Origin: Candidatus Heimdallarchaeota archaeon
GTDB taxonomy: Archaea; Asgardarchaeota; Heimdallarchaeia; JABLTI01
Direction: 5' to 3'
Assembly: GCA_030614005.1 (NCBI GenBank)
Contig: JAUWKS010000005.1
Coordinates: forward strand, 30,001 to 62,000
DNA length: 32,000 nt
Positions 26,504 to 32,000 of the stretch are shown in pieces; positions within the stretch are counted from its first letter, which is position 1, and each line of letters starts with the position of its first letter. A program made the position numbers and the translations under genes. The notes beneath the pieces were generated by a model. That model worked only from the letters and a program-made list of their open reading frames with translations. It did no database searches and was not told the DNA's origin.

Positions 26504-26551
26504 TTGTTGTAGATGGATATTGAACCCCTCTACAACAAAATACGAGGTTCA
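26504..26551 (-). other. Predicted H-type RNA pseudoknot
   Basis: 10-bp perfect stem 26504-13/26529-38 interleaved with 8-bp stem 26521-28/26544-51 (one G.U on the minus strand); loops of 5 and 7 nt; followed by a U-rich tract. Confidence 0.5.
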
Positions 26552-26602
26552 GTTTGTAATTTAGACATTTCTGCTTGATATTGTTTTATAAAAACCCCAT
26601 AC

Positions 26603-26887
26603 TTAACAGATAAATTCAAAATTTACAGTTGGAATTGAGTCTGGAGTTACTCCAGGTGGTGGGGTTGGATCATCAGCTGGAGGATCATCAATTGGTGGAT
26701 CAGCGTTTGGTTCCACTGGATCGTCAGGTGGTGGATAGTCACCAGGTCCCATGCCATTGCCAGGATCATTCGGATCATCGTCATACGGTAAATGACAACT
26801 TACTTGAGATAATAATTGACTACCTGTGATAGCAATAAAACCAACTATTAAGAATAGACTTAATGTTATTTTTGTTTTGTTTCTCAT
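26603..26887 (-). CDS. Small secreted Asp/Pro-rich protein
   Basis: Basic N-terminus and hydrophobic signal, then DDP/DPP repeats; Cys31 and terminal Cys94. Confidence 0.75.
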   Translation of the reverse strand: MRNKTKITLSLFLIVGFIAITGSQLLSQVSCHLPYDDDPNDPGNGMGPGDYPPPDDPVEPNADPPIDDPPADDPTPPPGVTPDSIPTVNFEFIC

Positions 26888-27048
26888 GTTTTTTATACAC
26901 CCTTCATATTTTTTTATAAATTTTCATCTCTACGTAACTTTAATATAGTAAAGTTCTAATATTTGAGACAAATAATATTTATATTGATTATATCATAATT
27001 CTGATATAAAAGTTATTCCATTTGACTTAATCTCGAGGGTCTAACATA

Positions 27049-28497
27049 GTGAGCGCAGGAAGTAAAAAAGCAATTAAGATAGATCACCTTATGCTAAAAG
27101 CTCCTGAGAGGTATCAAGACAAAGATTACACAAAAATCACTTTAAAACAATTTGAGAGTTTAATTCCTGAAGAGGTACCGAGTTTAATAAAAGAAGATAT
27201 TGTATCTTATTTTAACTATCTAAGAGACAATAGAAGCAAGAAAAGTTTGAAGCAATGGGAAACAGTTTCGAGTTGTAAGGATTCAGCGAATAGTTACAAA
27301 GTAGAGAACTATCGACCTATTTTTTCTTTTCTATATTATGATCGAATCACAGAAGGACTTTTCTTACCTTTGCTATTGAATAAAATAGATATTACTGCTG
27401 GAAGTCATTCCGAAGAAATATCTATTGATGTATTTAATCAACTCTGTCGATTAACCATTGTTGGGTTTAAACCGAAAATTGATGCTATCGATTTGAAAAT
27501 ATTGCAAGCTCTTTCAAAAGACCCATCTATGGTCACTCAAACTTTGACTGATAAAATAGGTCATTCATATGCTGCTGTTTATCATCATTTACAAAGATTG
27601 AAAGGTAAAATGGGTTTAAGAATAACTACTCGAGTTAATTGGGCAAAATTAGGTGTTCAAAGGGTATTTCTTATTTCAGATGAAGAAAAGAATTTCGAGA
27701 TCTTTAGGGATTATAAACCATTCTTAGATGGTCAATCATCATTTCTTTGGGGAGGAACATTTTATTTACAATATTATCTTTTACGAAGTGAAATAAGAGA
27801 AAAATTCATACAAAAATATCAAGATTTGGCAGAAAACCAAAAACAATCAATGAAGCTATATGAGCTTTCTGCTGCACCAATTTCTGGTATTAGTTTTGAT
27901 TTGTACAAACTAGACGAACAAAAGTGGGACTTTGATTTCGCATCAACTTTTTTGAAACCAAAAACAATCACTAAAGCAGTTAAACGTGAATTTTTCTTAG
28001 ATCTATTCCCTCCAGAAACTGTTTATGAGTTGAATGAATTAGAACAAAAAATAATAAATGAACTAGTAGTTAGCTATGCACTTGCTCAAAAAGAAATTGC
28101 TAGTTCCTTGGGGATTCATCCACCAAATTTATCCATAATCAAAAACAAATTACAGAAAGATGAAATAATTAAACCACAACTAATGGTTACAACATTTTTA
28201 CCTCTCTATTGTATTTTATGGTGTAGCTCTCAAGAGCAAGAAATTATTGATACACTTGTTGCATTAATGGAAAAAATCCCCTATTCAAATATCTCTCCAG
28301 TCTATTCTTTTGAAGAAACGAAAACAAAACAATTAATTTGCTATCTACTTATGGATGATGTTCTATACTATAGCTTAGTAACTTTCTTGATGAATTTAGT
28401 GAAAGAAAATCGATTAATTGATTTTCGTTTGGGTCTAATTACTGATCGCTATTTTAGTATAGCGAGGATCATTGATATTTTAAATAAAGAAATTTAG
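27049..28497 (+). CDS. Large transcriptional regulator with two Lrp/AsnC-like HTH modules
   Basis: IDAIDLKILQALSKD..AVYHHLQRLK..RVNWAKLG and LNELEQKIINEL..QKEIASSLGI..KLQKDEII; GTG start after GAGGGT. Confidence 0.75.
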   Translation: MSAGSKKAIKIDHLMLKAPERYQDKDYTKITLKQFESLIPEEVPSLIKEDIVSYFNYLRDNRSKKSLKQWETVSSCKDSANSYKVENYRPIFSFLYYDRITEGLFLPLLLNKIDITAGSHSEEISIDVFNQLCRLTIVGFKPKIDAIDLKILQALSKDPSMVTQTLTDKIGHSYAAVYHHLQRLKGKMGLRITTRVNWAKLGVQRVFLISDEEKNFEIFRDYKPFLDGQSSFLWGGTFYLQYYLLRSEIREKFIQKYQDLAENQKQSMKLYELSAAPISGISFDLYKLDEQKWDFDFASTFLKPKTITKAVKREFFLDLFPPETVYELNELEQKIINELVVSYALAQKEIASSLGIHPPNLSIIKNKLQKDEIIKPQLMVTTFLPLYCILWCSSQEQEIIDTLVALMEKIPYSNISPVYSFEETKTKQLICYLLMDDVLYYSLVTFLMNLVKENRLIDFRLGLITDRYFSIARIIDILNKEI

Positions 28498-28545
28498 AGG
28501 ATTCATTTCTACACAATAATTAAGAATTGAAACAAGATTCTGTTT

Positions 28546-29385
28546 TTAACTCATTGAATCAAATTCATCAATATTTAATGTTTCAAGCATTGTATTTAGT
28601 TTTGCTAACTGATTTACTGCATCATTGTAGTTATTCATGCTATATTGAAGTTGAATGGTACCAGTTCTCATTTGATCAATAACTTCTCTTAAACCAAAAT
28701 TAACTTTCATTTGCAAATCTCCAAACCTACAAGCAGCGCTATTTAGCTTGATAAAGCGATGTTGCATATTGATCATAAAAATCGTACTTAGCAAACCGCT
28801 TGTGTTTGTTGGAACAACACTCATCTTAGCGAGTTCTTGATACGTTTTTCCAGAAAGTACTCCGTAAACAAAATCGGGAATATACATTAGAACAAAATCA
28901 GTAGTTTCATTCGAATCAATATATTTGACAATTTCTTTTGCTCTCCTGATTGCTTTCTTGTTTAATCCATCGATTGCTAATTTGTCTAATTGAAGTCCTT
29001 CATTTTCTTCGAAACCATTTGGTAAGATAAATTTACTATCAATAGGAATAAACAGATCACTATCAGGTAATCTAACTACAAAATCTATTCTCCCTGAAAT
29101 ATCAGGTGGCTGGTATTGAGTTTTCACCGTGTCATTTGGTAAATTGGAGAGCAATATTTCAACAATATTTTCCCCGAAACCACCTTTTGCGGTAGGTTTC
29201 ATTTTTAGCAAATCGAAGAATTTCTGCATCTCTCGCGTTGTTTTGTCTACAGCAAATTGCATTTGCTTTGTATATGCAGTTGCTTCTCCCTTTTTTTTAC
29301 TTTGAATGAACATTTGATAAAAAATGCTCACTAATCCTAATACACAAGCTATAGAGATTAGTACATACACCAATACTTCTGCCAA
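28546..29385 (-). CDS. rmuC: RmuC-family PD-(D/E)xK nuclease-domain protein with N-terminal TM helix
   Basis: KGGFGENIVE, RIDFVVRLP, IPIDSKF, KYI..TTDFVLMYIP. Confidence 0.82.
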   Translation of the reverse strand: MAEVLVYVLISIACVLGLVSIFYQMFIQSKKKGEATAYTKQMQFAVDKTTREMQKFFDLLKMKPTAKGGFGENIVEILLSNLPNDTVKTQYQPPDISGRIDFVVRLPDSDLFIPIDSKFILPNGFEENEGLQLDKLAIDGLNKKAIRRAKEIVKYIDSNETTDFVLMYIPDFVYGVLSGKTYQELAKMSVVPTNTSGLLSTIFMINMQHRFIKLNSAACRFGDLQMKVNFGLREVIDQMRTGTIQLQYSMNNYNDAVNQLAKLNTMLETLNIDEFDSMS

Positions 29386-29546
29386 TGATCCTTCACACCT
29401 AATAATAACTTTGAGAGCGGAAAATTTTTCCTCATTCCTTCTTTCTAATATATTACTTTGAATTTTTCTATTTAAGGCAGCGTAATATAAACAAAATTAT
29501 TGTTTTTGTCGTAAATTTAACCTCTACTCACAACGGTACTTTTTTC

Positions 29547-29560
29547 AAACGCTTTATATA
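29547..29560 (+). promoter_or_regulatory. Putative BRE-TATA for the subtilase gene
   Basis: AAACGC-TTTATATA, TATA starting 71 nt upstream of ATG 29624; same AACGCTTTA core as at ~10633. Confidence 0.45.
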
Positions 29561-29623
29561 CTATATCGAATAATCTAATCTCACGAATTCCATTTATAAA
29601 ATTCGAAATGGATAGGGTGCTAA

Positions 29624-30979
29624 ATGAAATCGAAATTTCTTACCTTGATATTAGTGGTATGTATTACCACACCAGGGTTCTTCGTTATAGCAACTGAAGT
29701 TAGTAGTATGCCAATTTTTGCAAATGCAACTGATTTCTTTGACATACAAGATGAACCATATTTAGTTTTGAGTGGAGACAGTCTCAGTACAGAAAAAAGT
29801 GTTTTACCTTCCGTCATTCCTTTTTGGCATGATTTGGTTGATAAAGAAAATGTACCTTTGACTGGTGAAGGTGTTTATGTAGCAGTATTGGATACTGGTC
29901 TTCTCCCAGATTGGGAATTCATCTTCTCTGAAGCAAATATAGCGAGTGAACTCGGAATGGGTTTCTCTCATGATATCTACTGGGATGATACAATTGAAGA
30001 TATAGTAATAAGCGACGTTGTTTCTGATCGTGGATTTTTAACTGATTTAGCGAGTGGACATGGAACTCATGTCACAAGTACAATTGTTGGTTATAATTAT
30101 GCAGATATGGTATGGATAGAAGGCATCGCTCCGGATGTGACTATCATCCCAATTCTAGTATTAGATGCTTGGATGGTTGACACTCCAGTTGGACCTGTTA
30201 CTTTTAGTGGTGGGTCAAGTGCAATGATTGCTACTGGAATATACTATATTGCTGATTTAACAGAAAGTTTGGACGGACCAGTTATTATCAATATGAGTCT
30301 AGGTGGTTCCGGGGAAACTCCTGAAATCGAAGCAGCAGTAGATTATGCTATTAGTAAAGGTGTAATTATAGTCGCTTCCGCAGGTAATAACGGAGAAGCA
30401 GGGATGAGTTATCCCGGTGCTTATAATCAAGTAATCTCTGCAGCAGCGTGCGGTTGGACTGATATGCTTGCCCAAGGTTGGACTGCAGATGTCCCTGAAA
30501 AACTTAACACTAATGATAGTTTAGGAAATGACTATCAAGTATATCTAACAGGATTCAGTAGCAGACCAAATAGAACATTAGGGCAAAAATACCGTGATCT
30601 TGATGTAATGGCTCCTGGAGATTGGATCGTAGGTCCATATAAATTAAAATGGGCTCCAGTTGAATATTGGGGTTATTATTATGTCTCTGGTACAAGTATG
30701 GCTGCTCCACATGTTTCAGCAATAGCTGCTTTGGTTTTAGAAATATTTCCAATGTTTGACCAAAGAGACATTGAATTTGTGCTAAAATTGGCTGCTAGTG
30801 GTGTTGGTCCAAATAAACGAAGAGGCTTCCCACGAATTGGTGAAGATGTTAAAGTTGCGTATTTTGGCAATCAATACTATACTGTTTCCTGGGGAAGACA
30901 TGATTATGGTCGTGGATTCTTGCAAGCTGATACAGCAATATTAACTGCATTGCTTTATTACTTCATCTTTTATCGCTAG
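29624..30979 (+). CDS. Secreted S8 subtilisin-like serine protease
   Basis: Signal peptide; VAVLDTG (Asp), GHGTHV (His), SAGNNG (oxyanion Asn), GTSMAAPHV (Ser). Confidence 0.95.
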   Translation: MKSKFLTLILVVCITTPGFFVIATEVSSMPIFANATDFFDIQDEPYLVLSGDSLSTEKSVLPSVIPFWHDLVDKENVPLTGEGVYVAVLDTGLLPDWEFIFSEANIASELGMGFSHDIYWDDTIEDIVISDVVSDRGFLTDLASGHGTHVTSTIVGYNYADMVWIEGIAPDVTIIPILVLDAWMVDTPVGPVTFSGGSSAMIATGIYYIADLTESLDGPVIINMSLGGSGETPEIEAAVDYAISKGVIIVASAGNNGEAGMSYPGAYNQVISAAACGWTDMLAQGWTADVPEKLNTNDSLGNDYQVYLTGFSSRPNRTLGQKYRDLDVMAPGDWIVGPYKLKWAPVEYWGYYYVSGTSMAAPHVSAIAALVLEIFPMFDQRDIEFVLKLAASGVGPNKRRGFPRIGEDVKVAYFGNQYYTVSWGRHDYGRGFLQADTAILTALLYYFIFYR

Positions 30980-30996
30980 GTCAAATACAGTTCAAA

Positions 30997-31048
30997 GCTT
31001 CATTGCTTGTAAAGAAAAAAACGAGTAATGAAGCGTGTCCTTTTTTTT
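30997..31048 (+). terminator. 13-bp hairpin followed by T8
   Basis: gcttcattgcttg-N12-cgagtaatgaagc; the two non-canonical pairs are G.U only on the + strand; TTTTTTTT at 31041-48. Confidence 0.6.
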
Positions 31049-31067
31049 CTAACCAGATTTCAGTAAA

Positions 31068-32000
31068 TTACGCAGATTGTTCTTCTGCAGAACCAGAAGA
31101 CAAATTTTCTATTGAAAGAGCTTCTCTCTTTACTGGAATGAAATTGACCCAATAGATTTTCTCGGAATCTAAAAGATCAACAATTTGTTTCATGTCAGTA
31201 GTAAGTAATTTTGATTGGACTTTAGAAATTGTCCATTCCAATGATCCAATGTAGTTGGCTTTCTCCCAAACAACAAGAACTAAATGATACATCGAAACAA
31301 TCAATATTACTGCAAAAATTAAACCAAGCTCTTCACCATTGCCATATATTTTTGATTTCATGAAATTTTTGCCAGAAATGGTTCCAAATAGTAGCTGCAT
31401 AATTAATCGTGGAATATATTCAAAAATCTTCATACAATAGAGCGTGAGAGAAAGAACACCCCAACGTCTAATGAATTTCACAAAATGACGATTAGCGAAT
31501 TTATCACCTCTACCTCGATATTCAATGAAATAAAGAAACGCCCAGATGAAAATGATTTGTCCTCCAAATCGGAGTAAATAAGTTGATACTTCGGTATTTA
31601 TTTCAATTGTAGACCATGGAGAGCCAACTGCTATCAAAATGACTCCGGTGCTCATTGATAGCAGACCAATTAGAATGCCATATAGAGGTGCAAGACGCAC
31701 CTTCCCCGGATTAGCTAAGGTTAAACCTATCATTGTTCCAGCAAAGGATGTCGCAATAAATGGGAAGATTGGAAGCAAATTAGCAAATGAGATTGATATT
31801 AACCAAGCTGGGAAAGTACCAGTGCTTATTGTAATAGAACTTAAATCCAATATTGACCCACCATCAGGGTATAACCAGTTCAAATTTGGAATCCATTTTC
31901 TCATGAAGAACGTGAAAACGATTGTTCCAACAATCATACAAGCAAGAATAATCATATTTCTTGAGTGTTTTTTTAAACCATCGTTCTTACTGAAAAGATA
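31068..32000 (-). CDS. Multi-pass membrane protein, DUF1624/DUF418 acyltransferase-like, 5'-truncated by window edge
   Basis: Frame open to 32000; PIFPFIA, WGVLSLTLY and GSLEW motifs; many TM segments. Confidence 0.7.
   Translation of the reverse strand, partial: YLFSKNDGLKKHSRNMIILACMIVGTIVFTFFMRKWIPNLNWLYPDGGSILDLSSITISTGTFPAWLISISFANLLPIFPFIATSFAGTMIGLTLANPGKVRLAPLYGILIGLLSMSTGVILIAVGSPWSTIEINTEVSTYLLRFGGQIIFIWAFLYFIEYRGRGDKFANRHFVKFIRRWGVLSLTLYCMKIFEYIPRLIMQLLFGTISGKNFMKSKIYGNGEELGLIFAVILIVSMYHLVLVVWEKANYIGSLEWTISKVQSKLLTTDMKQIVDLLDSEKIYWVNFIPVKREALSIENLSSGSAEEQSA

Noticed and set aside
26504-26530. Cas12a repeat (TGTTGTAGAT) or tRNA T-arm (GGTTCAATATCC on minus)
   Set aside because: Single copy, no TTTCTAC half, no spacers or cas genes; no cloverleaf can be built.
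26610-26630. Slippery heptamer A AAT TTT near the end of the Asp/Pro-rich gene, with the pseudoknot downstream
   Set aside because: The -1 frame hits TGA immediately and the pseudoknot is ~65 nt away, too far to stimulate frameshifting.
189-30870. Nested or antisense ORFs in the track (e.g. 2303..2563, 12296..12655, 15642..15947, 22390..22764, 23888..24079, 24076..24276, 26629..26829, 30679..30870)
   Set aside because: Shadows of well-supported genes or AT-rich chance frames with no motifs.
30997-31034. SECIS element (long stem, A-rich loop, AUGA)
   Set aside because: The AUGA is Watson-Crick paired in the 3' arm rather than forming a GA quartet, and neither flanking gene shows an in-frame UGA within the window.

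Overview
AT-rich, gene-dense archaeal window with no rRNA, tRNA, CRISPR array or intact mobile element visible. It is very probably from an Asgard archaeon. This is inferred from archaeal prefoldin-beta/DUF3194/DHH synteny, a type II MetAP, TATA-type promoters, a Rab-like GTPase and a longin-domain protein. The left 7 kb is a minus-strand housekeeping string (pfdB, DUF3194, DHH, ecfA1, ecfA2, ecfT, map) ending in a Rab-like small GTPase fused to a cysteine-free thioredoxin-like domain. Next come a GH57/GT4 alpha-glucan locus with an extra half-glycosyltransferase and two tandem zinc-ribbon membrane paralogues that differ mainly in one 64-codon segment. An accessory region follows: APH-like kinase, stand-alone E2 acyltransferase, hydrolases, GNAT, DegV, a decayed ABC ATPase, clostripain, an Asp/Pro-rich secreted peptide, a double-HTH regulator, RmuC and a subtilase. 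The top candidates for new biology are (1) a 1057-aa receptor-like protein with 14 LVIVD blades, Ca-binding repeats, one TM helix and a cytoplasmic longin domain, (2) the Rab-thioredoxin fusion, (3) the constant-variable-constant paralogue pair and (4) an intergenic H-type RNA pseudoknot. All family calls are motif-based and were made by eye without database searches.
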